From positions 1 through 64,000 of the forward strand of contig CAVVNQ010000016.1 of assembly GCA_963749705.1 (NCBI GenBank): 64,000 nucleotides of DNA, in the 5' to 3' direction. Positions 46,501 to 54,714 of this stretch are shown piece by piece. The translations under genes were made by a program, and so were the position numbers. Each line of letters begins with the position of its first letter. Position 1 is the first letter of the stretch. The notes below the pieces were generated by a model that saw only the letters and a program-made list of their open reading frames with translations, searched no databases and was not told where the DNA came from. The DNA comes from an uncultured Chloroflexia bacterium (GTDB lineage: Bacteria; Chloroflexota; Limnocylindria; Limnocylindrales; CSP1-4).

Positions 46501-47513
46501 CGCTGCTGTCGCTGGCCGAGGTCCTGTCGCCGGCCGACCTCGCGTCGGTCGAGGCGGGACCGCTGGCCGATCTCGGCCGGGTCCAGCCGTTGGACGCCGC
46601 GCGCACGCGCCTCGTCGGTGCTCCGATCGCGGCGACGGCCTCCGGTCTGCTGTGGTACCCGGCCGACGCGTTCGCCGTTGCGGGCTACGAGCCACCGACC
46701 ACCTGGGAGGCGTTGGAGCAGCTCGTCGAGCGGATGATCCAGGATGGTCGCACGCCGTGGTGTCTCGGCCTGCTTGGGGGTGAGCACGATGGGGCCTACG
46801 GCGCCGACCTGATCGAGGACCTCGTGCTCGATGGAATGGCCGCGTCCGGCTTTGACTCCTGGGCGGCCGGGCGAAGCGGCTTCAGTGTCGGCATCGATGG
46901 TGTATTTCGCCGCTATCACGCGCTGATCCAGCAGACTGGCGCCGTCCTCGGGGGCCCAGAGACGGCAGTTCGGACGCCGGCGGCGTGGGCGGCACTCCAG
47001 ATGGGCCCAGGCGAGCTGCCGGCGTGCTGGCTGATCCATGCGAGCGGCGATCAGCGGGCGACGTGGGAAGTGGAGGTTCGCGAGGACCTCACCCCGGTCC
47101 GCCTTCCAGTCGGCGCCGCAGGTGCGAACGAGCTGCGTGGGCGTGTGTACACGCTCGTCGTGCTTCGTGACCGGCCCGAGGTCCGGAACTTCGTGCGGTA
47201 TCTGCTCGGCACGGAGTTCGCGGGCCGGCTGATCAGCGAGGATTCGGGAAGTGGGCTGGTCCCGCTCGCGTCCCCGGGTGCCGGGCCGACGCGAACCATC
47301 ACCGAACGGGACATGGCCGGCCTCCTGGAGGCGGCGCTGGCCGCAGGCACATTCCAGGTTGACGCGTCTGACCGGATGGCGCGGGCACTCGGCGTGATCG
47401 CATTCCCCGAATCGGCCATGCGCGTCGCCGGGATCCCGGCAGGCTCCCCGGAGGTCGCCATCGCCAGCGAGGTCGACCTGCTGGAGCGGATCCGTCTCGA
47501 GGCGCTTCCTTGA
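43593..47513 (+). CDS. SARP (wHTH-BTAD), nSTAND1 NTPase, TM, solute-binding-domain fusion regulator
   Basis: IRILGRVE, ALALWRG, EPLRE, ELGIDPS; NPYKGLRPF, GPSGSGKSS, VIDQLEELF, LPLLQFAL, AHEALL..WP; TM; LLWY...GYEPPTTW...TPWCLG. Confidence 0.9.
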   Translation: MEIRILGRVEIVDDGRATAIASRRQRALLALLVVHGGRPVSTERILDALWGDSPPDSGAGSVAFHVSRLRAALETGNRDNHDGNARGLIATEAGGYSLRIEPDAIDAARFERLAREGHEHLACEPAVAAGQLRDALALWRGEAFADLADLAFLQPEIARLHELRLRAFEDRFEADLALGRGREIAGEIASLVAEEPLREHLRAQLMRALYGAGRQADALRVYQEGRHLLADELGIDPSAELQALELAILRQDATLDVTRPSSGPRNPYKGLRPFGEADANDFFGREMFVARLLERLAVVSRSGGLLLLVGPSGSGKSSVIRAGLLPLLRPPGPGHETWRIAVMLPGSRPEEALLQALDDVVGKRRRPGSATTPEPTGVAAALSRAAAADPRRLLLVIDQLEELFALATDPAEPSKFLGGLAAAITGPAPRPAVIASLRADWFDRPLLSADLGALIRDAVEVVTPLTRDELERAIVRPAAAVGVELEPGLAADLEADVADRPGALPLLQFALTELFERADGQRLSRASYAAIGGVAGAVGRRAETVFASLDQPSRDVARQLFLHLVAVGEGRTVAARRVVVDDLRSIEATPERVDAVLDAFGRWRLVAFDRDPRTGQATVEPAHEALLTHWPRLAGWIHEAEEGLWMEGRLNALAAEWATADRDPGFLLSGSRLDLFETWSATTDIRLDGLERELLEASVAERRRAESVERDRRDQERRLERRASTRLRALVAVLLAAAIGTSGLLAVVWRQGEGAREDEAIATARELAVAANGRLDTDPALALLLAAEAARATADRGWITEEALDALHWAVQRARIPYPSSDVPVAVRLAPPPSDSRGVYLLPARDLIELAETSAGRSLTADECRTYLHQPACPAAERRPIDADLRVMTASGVVPMTDLAAQGTGGVSLRVFSQLPADLAGALADYAAKGGAISITDDGGTGDPGALVEQADVAILARPGDVADLARAGSLLSLAEVLSPADLASVEAGPLADLGRVQPLDAARTRLVGAPIAATASGLLWYPADAFAVAGYEPPTTWEALEQLVERMIQDGRTPWCLGLLGGEHDGAYGADLIEDLVLDGMAASGFDSWAAGRSGFSVGIDGVFRRYHALIQQTGAVLGGPETAVRTPAAWAALQMGPGELPACWLIHASGDQRATWEVEVREDLTPVRLPVGAAGANELRGRVYTLVVLRDRPEVRNFVRYLLGTEFAGRLISEDSGSGLVPLASPGAGPTRTITERDMAGLLEAALAAGTFQVDASDRMARALGVIAFPESAMRVAGIPAGSPEVAIASEVDLLERIRLEALP

Positions 47514-47646
47514 TCCACAGCACCACGCGACGAGGCTGCTCATCGATCCCTCGACAATCGCTTGGCCGGCGCTCATGTGCAGGGCACATCGTGGCGCCGC
47601 TGATCCGGCCAGTGGAGGACCGGGTCGCGAGGCGGAAAGGGGTCAC

Positions 47647-48207
47647 ATGATGCGGACGAGGCATCTCGTGGCCGGCCTGCTCGCGGTCATGCTGGCCGCC
47701 TGCTCGTCGGGCACATCAGCTGCGCCCAGCGCGGCACCGAGCATCGAGCCGACGCCACAGCGGACGCCGACGACGGCCCCGACACCCGAGCCGACGGCGT
47801 CACCCGCGCCGACGGCGACGACACCAGGGCTGAGCGTCAAGGTCACGTTCGACGGCGAGACCTGCGCCTACGTTGGTCCGACCGTGATCCCCGATGGGAC
47901 GATGCTGCGGTTCGAGTACGCGCCCGACCAGGAGGTGAGGGGGTCATACCTCATCGTGTACGCGGTCAAGCCGGGGACGACTCTCGACATGGGGGGTCCC
48001 GACGGAACCGCCCTGGTGACCGAGGCCCCCGACTGGGTGCTTCAGACGACGGCCAGCTGGGTCCACGGACCCGGCACCCTCCTGTACACGGTCAGGAGCG
48101 TGCAGCACGGCAGCGACGACGTTGACTACCCGGTCGGCGGCTATCACGTCGCCTGTGACACACCGTATATGTATTTTGCCGCGCAGCTGACCGTCGCCGG
48201 CGCTTAG
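47647..48207 (+). CDS. Lipoprotein with a Pro/Thr linker
   Basis: LAAC lipobox, PT-rich stalk, beta-rich C-domain. Confidence 0.8.
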   Translation: MMRTRHLVAGLLAVMLAACSSGTSAAPSAAPSIEPTPQRTPTTAPTPEPTASPAPTATTPGLSVKVTFDGETCAYVGPTVIPDGTMLRFEYAPDQEVRGSYLIVYAVKPGTTLDMGGPDGTALVTEAPDWVLQTTASWVHGPGTLLYTVRSVQHGSDDVDYPVGGYHVACDTPYMYFAAQLTVAGA

Positions 48208-48238
48208 GGCCGCATCGCATCCGCGGCAGTTCGGCCAA

Positions 48239-48266
48239 GACCCGGTCGGGAGCCCCCGACCGGGTC
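48239..48266 (+). terminator. Hairpin downstream of the lipoprotein gene
   Basis: GACCCGGTCGGG-AGCC-CCCGACCGGGTC perfect stem. Confidence 0.6.
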
Positions 48267-48359
48267 TGCGTCTGTCCACGATGTCCGGGCGATCCGTTCG
48301 AGCGGCACGCCCGCGATCCGGCCGAAGGCGCCTTGCCGCCCCGGGTAGAGTTGGCGCCC

Positions 48360-49505
48360 ATGGGGACGTCCGAGCCGGCCGAGCTGAACGCCGTCACCGG
48401 GATCGTCGCACGCGAGCGGATCCGTGCCTTCGACCTCGCGGCCGGGCTCGCGGTGCTGTTCATGATCCTGGTCCACATCCTGTGGCACTGGGGTGTCCCC
48501 GGCACCTGGACCACCCCGATCGGCGAGGCGATCAGCTACGCGGCCGGCCCCACCGCGGCCCCCGTGTTCGTGTTCCTGATGGGCGCCTCGCTGGGCGCCG
48601 CCGGCCGGGGCCGCGCTGGGCCGCTGGTCGCCCGCGGGCTGTGGCTGGTGTTCCTGGGCTACGTCCTCAACTTCCTGCGCGGCGTGATCCCGGCCACGCT
48701 CGGGGAGGCCACGGGCGTCATCACCGCGGACCAGGTGGCGCCGTACACCCAGTGGTGGCTCGCCACGACCGTCGACCTCCACCACGTCGTCGGCCTGTCG
48801 CTGGTGGCGATCGCCGTGCTCCGCACCCGATCCCGGCCGGGCTGGACCTGGCTCGGCCTCGCCGGCGCGCTGGTCCTGGTGGCCCCGTTCGTGAAGGGGA
48901 TCACGTTCGGCACGCCGATCCTCGACGGCCCGTTGACGCCGTTCATCGGCGGGGCGCCCAACGTGTACTACGCGGTGGTCCCATGGCTCGCCTACGCGCT
49001 CGCTGGTGCGGTGTTCGGCGACGTCATCGCCCGGAGCCGCGACCGGACAGGCGTCTTCCAGCGAGGCGCGCGGATCGGCCTGGTGCTGCTCGTCATCGGC
49101 GGCGTCCTGCTGCTCATGCAGCGCCCGGGGTTCGACGTCTACACCTACTGGCGCCAGCCGCTGTCGTTCGCGGTTCCGATCTTCGGCATCATCCTGCTCT
49201 GGCTGGCCCTGTGCGACTGGGTGACCCGGCATCGGCGCGTGGACCGGCACCTGGGCATCGTCTACGGCTGGAGCCACCGGGTCATCGCGATGTACTTCAC
49301 GCACTGGGTCATCGTCGGCTGGGGTGCCGGCCTGGTCGGCTTCCGCGCGCTCGAGCTGGGACCGGTGCTGCTGGCGATGGCGGCGGCCGTGGTCCTGACC
49401 AGCTACCTGTCGCGGTACACGGTGCGGCTCGAGTCCAGCTGGTGGGTTCGTGGCGGCTCCGGCGGCGGGGCGTCGGAGGTCGCCGTCGAGGTGCCCGCCG
49501 CCTGA
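48360..49505 (+). CDS. DUF1624 / heparan-alpha-glucosaminide N-acetyltransferase-like membrane protein
   Basis: RIRAFDLAAGLAVLFMILVH, AAPVFVFLMG, PWLAY, YFTH; ~10 TM. Confidence 0.82.
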   Translation: MGTSEPAELNAVTGIVARERIRAFDLAAGLAVLFMILVHILWHWGVPGTWTTPIGEAISYAAGPTAAPVFVFLMGASLGAAGRGRAGPLVARGLWLVFLGYVLNFLRGVIPATLGEATGVITADQVAPYTQWWLATTVDLHHVVGLSLVAIAVLRTRSRPGWTWLGLAGALVLVAPFVKGITFGTPILDGPLTPFIGGAPNVYYAVVPWLAYALAGAVFGDVIARSRDRTGVFQRGARIGLVLLVIGGVLLLMQRPGFDVYTYWRQPLSFAVPIFGIILLWLALCDWVTRHRRVDRHLGIVYGWSHRVIAMYFTHWVIVGWGAGLVGFRALELGPVLLAMAAAVVLTSYLSRYTVRLESSWWVRGGSGGGASEVAVEVPAA

Positions 49506-49546
49506 CGCACCCGGGCCTCCGATGGTCCGAAGACTGCAGCTGCTGG

Positions 49547-49573
49547 TGAACGTTTCGCGCCGGTCGGATCGTC
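49547..49573 (+). promoter_or_regulatory. Candidate ECF autoregulatory promoter
   Basis: TGAAC-N18-CGTC, 8 nt before ATG 49582. Confidence 0.45.
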
Positions 49574-49581
49574 AGGTGGAT

Positions 49582-50163
49582 ATGACGAGTGCGCGGCTGA
49601 CCCCTATCGTGAGTCGCATGGACCTGCCCGAGTCGGCGGATGCACGTCGCTCCCGGACGTTTGACGCGCTGCTCGACCGGCGGGCGCTCGACCACGCCTA
49701 CCGCGTGGCGCGGATCATCCTGCTCGATCCGAGCGAGGCCGAGGATGCGACCCACGATGCCGTGATCTCGGCCTGGCGCCGGTTCGACCAGCTGCGCGAT
49801 CCGGAGCGGTTCGAGGCGTGGTTCGGGCGGATCCTCGTCAATGCCTGCCGCGACCGGCTGCGAGCACGGCGGCGCCTGCCCATCTCGATCGAGACCGTCC
49901 CGGTCGGCTCGCTCGAACGTCAGGGCGGTCCGGACCCGGGCGAGCTCGTCGGTGCCTCCGATGCCATCCGGGCCGCGCTCCGGCACCTGGGGCCCGAGCA
50001 TCGCGAGGTGATCGCGCTCCGATACCAGGCGGACCTGACCGTCGACCAGATCGCCGAGCGAACCGGCGCCCGCCCGGGCACCGTGAAATCCCGCCTTCAC
50101 TACGCGCTGCGTCACCTCCGCGAGAGCGTCGAGGCCACGGACCACAGGAGCACCCTCCGATGA
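49582..50163 (+). CDS. ECF RNA polymerase sigma factor
   Basis: EAEDATHDA..SAW....LRDPERFEAWF.RILVN, QIAE....PGTVKSRLHYAL; alternative start 49618. Confidence 0.92.
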   Translation: MTSARLTPIVSRMDLPESADARRSRTFDALLDRRALDHAYRVARIILLDPSEAEDATHDAVISAWRRFDQLRDPERFEAWFGRILVNACRDRLRARRRLPISIETVPVGSLERQGGPDPGELVGASDAIRAALRHLGPEHREVIALRYQADLTVDQIAERTGARPGTVKSRLHYALRHLRESVEATDHRSTLR

Positions 50164-51575
50164 CGACGAACCCGCCCGGCCGCGATCCCTTCGAGCGCGA
50201 CATCCGCGCCGCCCTGGACGAGGAAGCGTCCGATCCCGCACCGGAGCGACTCGTCGCGCGCATCTCGCGCTCCCGGGCCGAGATCGGGCGGCCGGCGTCG
50301 GGACCGGCGGGGTTGTGGGCACGGATCGCCCCGGCGATGCGCATCATCACCCCGCTGGGCGCGGTGCTCGCGGCCGTGGTCGTGGTCGCCGTCGTCGGTG
50401 GCTCGCTGCTGCGCCAACCGCTGACGGGCACCGCGACGACATCGCCCGAGGCGAGCGCGACCCCGATCGCCTCGACGCCACCGGCCCCGTCCGTCACCCC
50501 TGCACCGAGCAGCCTCGTGCTGATCACGCCGTCGCCCCAGGCATCGGGCGGCGCTGCCGACGCGGTCCCGGCGGACTTCCAGCCCGTGTCGGTCACCTTC
50601 GTTTCGTCGTCGCGCGGTTGGGTCCTGGGAGCCGCAACGTGTGACGGCACCCCGTGCGCGGTGGTCGTCCGGACGACGGATGGCGGGCTGCACTGGACCC
50701 GGATCCCGGCCCCGGCCACGCCGGTCGTGGTCAGCGGAGCCCCCAGTGGCGTGCGCGCCCTGCGGTTCGCCAGCGCGCTCGATGGCTGGGCGTTCGGACC
50801 GGACCTGTGGGCGACGCACGACGGTGGCGACACGTGGCACCGCGAAACCCTGCCAGGTGGGGGCACGCCCCAGGTGATGGCCCTCGAGGCGGCCGCGGGA
50901 ACCGTCCACGTGGCGTTCTGGACCGGTGACGGTCCGCAGATCAGCATCGCGTCGGGGCCCATGGCCGAGGACGCCCTGCACGTCTCCCCCGCCACGGTGC
51001 AGATCGGTGCGGGACCGGTCCCCCAGACGCAGATCGTGCTCCACGGGACGGCGGGCTGGCTGGTGCAGCTCAACCGTGACGTCGTCGGCGGCGCTCGCCT
51101 CGTCGGCGGCAGCTGGCAGGCGTGGGATCCGCCCTGCCTCGGCACCGCCGGACCCGCCTGGCTTGCGGCCTCGAGCGCCACGAGTCTCGTTGCCGCCTGC
51201 GACATCGGGCTGTGGTCGACGCCGCAGGGCGTCCACCTGTTCACGTCAGCGGATGGTGGCGCCACGTTCACGGAGCAGGCCGGAGCGCTCCCGATCACGG
51301 CCCTCGCGGGGATCACGACCGCGCCGAGCCAGCCGACCATCGTTGCGGCGGGCAATCAGGCGGACGGCTCGGCCGCCCTGATCGGCCGGTTCAGCCCAAC
51401 GGCTTCGTGGACGCCGGTGGCCACGCTGGCTGGCGGCGGCACATTCTCCGAGCTCGGTTTCACGACCGACGCGCAGGGTGTCGCCATCGCGCAGGCTGCG
51501 GACGGAACGATCCAGCTGCTGATGACGCGGGATGGCGGCCGGACCTGGGCGCCCGTCGGGCTCGCCGGCGGGTAG
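50160..51575 (+). CDS. Putative anti-sigma factor with an Asp-box (BNR/YCF48-like) beta-propeller
   Basis: ATGA-coupled; TM; TTDGGLHW, THDGGDTW, SADGGATF, TRDGGRTW repeats. Confidence 0.85.
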   Translation: MTTNPPGRDPFERDIRAALDEEASDPAPERLVARISRSRAEIGRPASGPAGLWARIAPAMRIITPLGAVLAAVVVVAVVGGSLLRQPLTGTATTSPEASATPIASTPPAPSVTPAPSSLVLITPSPQASGGAADAVPADFQPVSVTFVSSSRGWVLGAATCDGTPCAVVVRTTDGGLHWTRIPAPATPVVVSGAPSGVRALRFASALDGWAFGPDLWATHDGGDTWHRETLPGGGTPQVMALEAAAGTVHVAFWTGDGPQISIASGPMAEDALHVSPATVQIGAGPVPQTQIVLHGTAGWLVQLNRDVVGGARLVGGSWQAWDPPCLGTAGPAWLAASSATSLVAACDIGLWSTPQGVHLFTSADGGATFTEQAGALPITALAGITTAPSQPTIVAAGNQADGSAALIGRFSPTASWTPVATLAGGGTFSELGFTTDAQGVAIAQAADGTIQLLMTRDGGRTWAPVGLAGG

Positions 51576-51608
51576 CCCCGCGAGCGGTCGCCGAGGTCGT
51601 CGCGCGGG

Positions 51609-51896
51609 TCAGGCGATGACATCGTACCCCTGCACCACCATGCCCCTGTGGAGCGCCTGGAGCGCCGGCTGGAGCGCCTGGTGGACCGTCGATGTCCGCC
51701 ATCCAGCGGCGCTGCCGGCGTCGCTGAACCGGAACGCCAGCTGGTAGCGGGTCCGGTCGTCCGCCTCGCGCAGCAGGTCGAGCCGCACGAAGCCCGGCGA
51801 CCTCGCCATCGCCGGCCCGTACTCGTCGGTCATGAACCGCTCGAACGCGTCGGCGTTTGCCGGGTCCACGGTGAAGGTCAGGTGTCGCTCGATCAT
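51609..51896 (-). CDS. Antibiotic biosynthesis monooxygenase (ABM) domain protein
   Basis: FTVDPANADAFE...PGFV...WRTSTVHQ. Confidence 0.8.
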   Translation of the reverse strand: MIERHLTFTVDPANADAFERFMTDEYGPAMARSPGFVRLDLLREADDRTRYQLAFRFSDAGSAAGWRTSTVHQALQPALQALHRGMVVQGYDVIA

Positions 51897-51960
51897 GCCG
51901 GGGCCTCCGCTGCCGGTCCCCTCGAGGGACCGTTCCGTGGCGTGCTGTCTTCGGTGGGGT

Positions 51961-51977
51961 AATTGGTCTTACCAGTT
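51961..51977. promoter_or_regulatory. FadR/PdhR-type operator
   Basis: AATTGGTcttACCAGTT matches the TTGGT-N3-ACCA consensus; lies between the divergent ABM and fadR genes. Confidence 0.75.
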
Positions 51978-52039
51978 GACCACTATACCAGTCGTCCATA
52001 CACTGGCCCGTGACGTCCCGTTGGAGGAGCACCTGCGCG

Positions 52040-52855
52040 GTGGAACGAGAGCTCAAGCGCGATGCGCCGGCGGCAGCCGGGGCCGGAGCCGACGCCAGGG
52101 ACCGGTACACGGTGATCGCGCGCAGCACGCTGCCCGAGGAGGTCGCCAATCGCCTGCTGGCCCTGATCCGGGCGCAGGAGCTGCGCCCCGGCGCCAAGCT
52201 GCCCGCCGAGCGCAACCTCGCGCAGATGATGGACGTCAGCCGCCCCGTCGTCCGCGAGGCGCTGCGCGCGCTGGCGCTGATGCGCGTCGTCGACATCCGT
52301 CCGGGAGACGGGACGTACATCACCTCGCTCGAGCCGCAGCAGCTGATCGCGCACCTCGACTTCGTGTTCCCCAGTGACAGCGTGGCCCTCGAGCAGCTGC
52401 TCGAGGCGCGCCGGGTCGTCGAGGCCGGCAACGCCCGGCTCGCCGCGACGCGGGTGACCGGCACGGCGCTGACCGGGATCGAGGCCCTCGTCGCCTCGCT
52501 GGCGGCCGCGATCGACGAGCCGGACCAATTCAGCGAGCTGGACCTCGCGCTCCACAGCGCCGTGTGCTCGGCCGCGGGCAACTTCCTGCTGTCGCAGTTC
52601 ATGAGCATCGTCAACGCGCTGGGAAAGGTGAGCCGCGAGCGTACCGGCGGCCTGCGCCGGGTTCGCGAGGCCGCGCTCGACGACCACCGGCGCATCCTCG
52701 CGGCGCTCCAGTCGCACGATCCGGACGCCGCGGCACGGGCCATGCTCGCGCACCTCGATCATGTCGAGCAGGGGCTCCGAGCGGAGGCCGGGTCGTCCGG
52801 CACGCAGGCCGCCGCGGCCGGCGCTTCGTCGATCGGCGCCGGGACGCCGGCATGA
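52040..52855 (+). CDS. FadR/GntR family regulator
   Basis: LRPGAKLPAERNLA...VSRPVVREAL...GDGTYI; DLALH. Confidence 0.92.
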   Translation: MERELKRDAPAAAGAGADARDRYTVIARSTLPEEVANRLLALIRAQELRPGAKLPAERNLAQMMDVSRPVVREALRALALMRVVDIRPGDGTYITSLEPQQLIAHLDFVFPSDSVALEQLLEARRVVEAGNARLAATRVTGTALTGIEALVASLAAAIDEPDQFSELDLALHSAVCSAAGNFLLSQFMSIVNALGKVSRERTGGLRRVREAALDDHRRILAALQSHDPDAAARAMLAHLDHVEQGLRAEAGSSGTQAAAAGASSIGAGTPA

Positions 52856-53352
52856 ACATCCACGGACACGAGACCATCGGCGCGGCCTGCGCGGATGTGT
52901 TCGCGGCGATCTGCGACCCGGACGTCCTGCTGCGCGTCATTCCCGGCTGTCGGGAGATCGCGCAGACGGGCGATGCGGAGTACCGGGGCTGGATCACGCT
53001 GCGCCTGCCGGGAGTGGTCGGGTCGTACGCCACCGTGGTCCGGCTGCTCGATGCCGAGGCGCCGGTCACCGGCCGGCTGGAGGGCGAGGTCGAAGGTGCG
53101 CTGGGGACCATCCGCGGCGAGGCGACGTTCCGGCTGTCCGACTCGGGACCGGGAACGACCATCGAGTACGACGGTCATGCCGTGATCGGCGGACCGCTGG
53201 CGCGGCTCGACTCGCGCTTCGTGGAGGGGATCGCGGGCTCGCTCGTCGCGCAGGGGCTGCGCAACCTGGACGCGAGCCTCCGGGACAAGGCAGGCACGCC
53301 AGGTGGCGCCGCGAGCAAGGCCGTGCGGCAACCCGACGAGGTGCCGGCGTGA
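52852..53352 (+). CDS. CoxG-like SRPBCC accessory protein
   Basis: DPDVLLRVIPGC...IGGPLARL.SR. Confidence 0.85.
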   Translation: MNIHGHETIGAACADVFAAICDPDVLLRVIPGCREIAQTGDAEYRGWITLRLPGVVGSYATVVRLLDAEAPVTGRLEGEVEGALGTIRGEATFRLSDSGPGTTIEYDGHAVIGGPLARLDSRFVEGIAGSLVAQGLRNLDASLRDKAGTPGGAASKAVRQPDEVPA

Positions 53353-54200
53353 CCGTCCGGAGCTACCTCCTCCCGCGCACGCTGCCGGAGGCGCTCGACC
53401 AGCTCGACCGCCACGGGCCGGAGCTGCTGGTCATCGCCGGCGGCACCGTCGCGATGCCGCTGATCAACGATGGCCTGTCGCTCCCCGAGACCGTGATGGG
53501 GCTCCGGCTCGCGGGCCTCGACGGGATCGAGGCGACGAGCGACGCCGTGCGGATCGGGGCGACCACGACGCTGACCCGGCTCCTTGACCTGTCCGACGTC
53601 CCGATGCTCCAGGACGCCGCCCGCAGCACGGGGGCATGGGCGGTTCGCAACATGGCAACCGTCGGCGGCAACCTGTTCACGCCACCGCCCGGCGGCGACG
53701 TCGCGGTCGCGCTGCTCGCCCTCGATGCGAGCGTGACCCTGTCGAGCTCGCGCGGCGAACGGGTGCTCCCGCTGGCGGACCTGTTCACCGGGTTCATGAC
53801 CACCGCGCTCGCGGCGGACGAGCTCCTGGTCGCCATCGACGTGCCGCGCCCCCGCGGCCGGACGGCGTACATCAAGCTCGGTCGCCGGCTGGCGAACACG
53901 CCGGCCGTGGTGACGGTCGCGGTCCACGCCATTTGGGACGACGGACGGATCACCGGGGCACGGATCGCCCTGGGCGCCGTCGGGCCGCACCCGCTCCGGG
54001 CCGTTGCGGCCGAGCGCCTGCTGGCGGGAACGCACCTGGAGCCGGACGCGATCACGGCCGCGGCGACCGCGGCTGCCGAGGGCTGCGAGCCGTTCACGGA
54101 TGGCATCGCCACGGCCTGGTACCGGCGCCGGATGACCGCGCACGTCGTCACCCGGGCGCTGGAACAGCTGGCGCGGGACGCGCCGAGGGAGGGTCGCTGA
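53349..54200 (+). CDS. Xanthine dehydrogenase family FAD-binding subunit
   Basis: IAGGT, VRNMATVGGNL, RIALGAV.P.P.R, YRR. Confidence 0.92.
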   Translation: MTVRSYLLPRTLPEALDQLDRHGPELLVIAGGTVAMPLINDGLSLPETVMGLRLAGLDGIEATSDAVRIGATTTLTRLLDLSDVPMLQDAARSTGAWAVRNMATVGGNLFTPPPGGDVAVALLALDASVTLSSSRGERVLPLADLFTGFMTTALAADELLVAIDVPRPRGRTAYIKLGRRLANTPAVVTVAVHAIWDDGRITGARIALGAVGPHPLRAVAAERLLAGTHLEPDAITAAATAAAEGCEPFTDGIATAWYRRRMTAHVVTRALEQLARDAPREGR

Positions 54201-54201
54201 C

Positions 54202-54714
54202 GTGCCGTCCACCATCGTCACCTTCGAGCTCGGTGGCCGCGAGGTCGAGGTCCTGGTCGCTCCGCTGACCACCCTCCAGTCGGTCCTGCGCAACCAGCTC
54301 GGGATGACCGCGACCAAGGACGGCTGCCGGCAGGGGGGCTGTGGCAGCTGCACGGTGCTCGTCGACGGCGAGCCGATGCTGTCATGCCTGCTGCCGGTCG
54401 AGGACATCGCCGGCCGGCGGGTGACGACGGTCGAGACGATCACCCCGGCCGAGGGGCTGCACCCGATCCAACGGGCGTTCATCGACGCGGGCGCGTTCCA
54501 GTGCGGCTACTGCACGCCGGGCATGGTGATGACCGCCAAGGCGCTGCTCGACCACGATCCGGAACCGGCACGAGCGGACATCGAGCGCGCCATGTCCGGG
54601 AACGTCTGTCGATGCACCGGGTACCGCCCGATCGTGGAGGCCGTGGAGACGGCGGCGAGCGCAATCCAGAACGGCGCCATCGGTGGCGGCGCGGGCGAGG
54701 CGGCGGTCCGATGA
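54202..54714 (+). CDS. Xanthine dehydrogenase family 2x[2Fe-2S] subunit
   Basis: GCRQGGCGSCTV...SC, QCGYCTPG, GNVCRCTGY. Confidence 0.95.
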   Translation: MPSTIVTFELGGREVEVLVAPLTTLQSVLRNQLGMTATKDGCRQGGCGSCTVLVDGEPMLSCLLPVEDIAGRRVTTVETITPAEGLHPIQRAFIDAGAFQCGYCTPGMVMTAKALLDHDPEPARADIERAMSGNVCRCTGYRPIVEAVETAASAIQNGAIGGGAGEAAVR

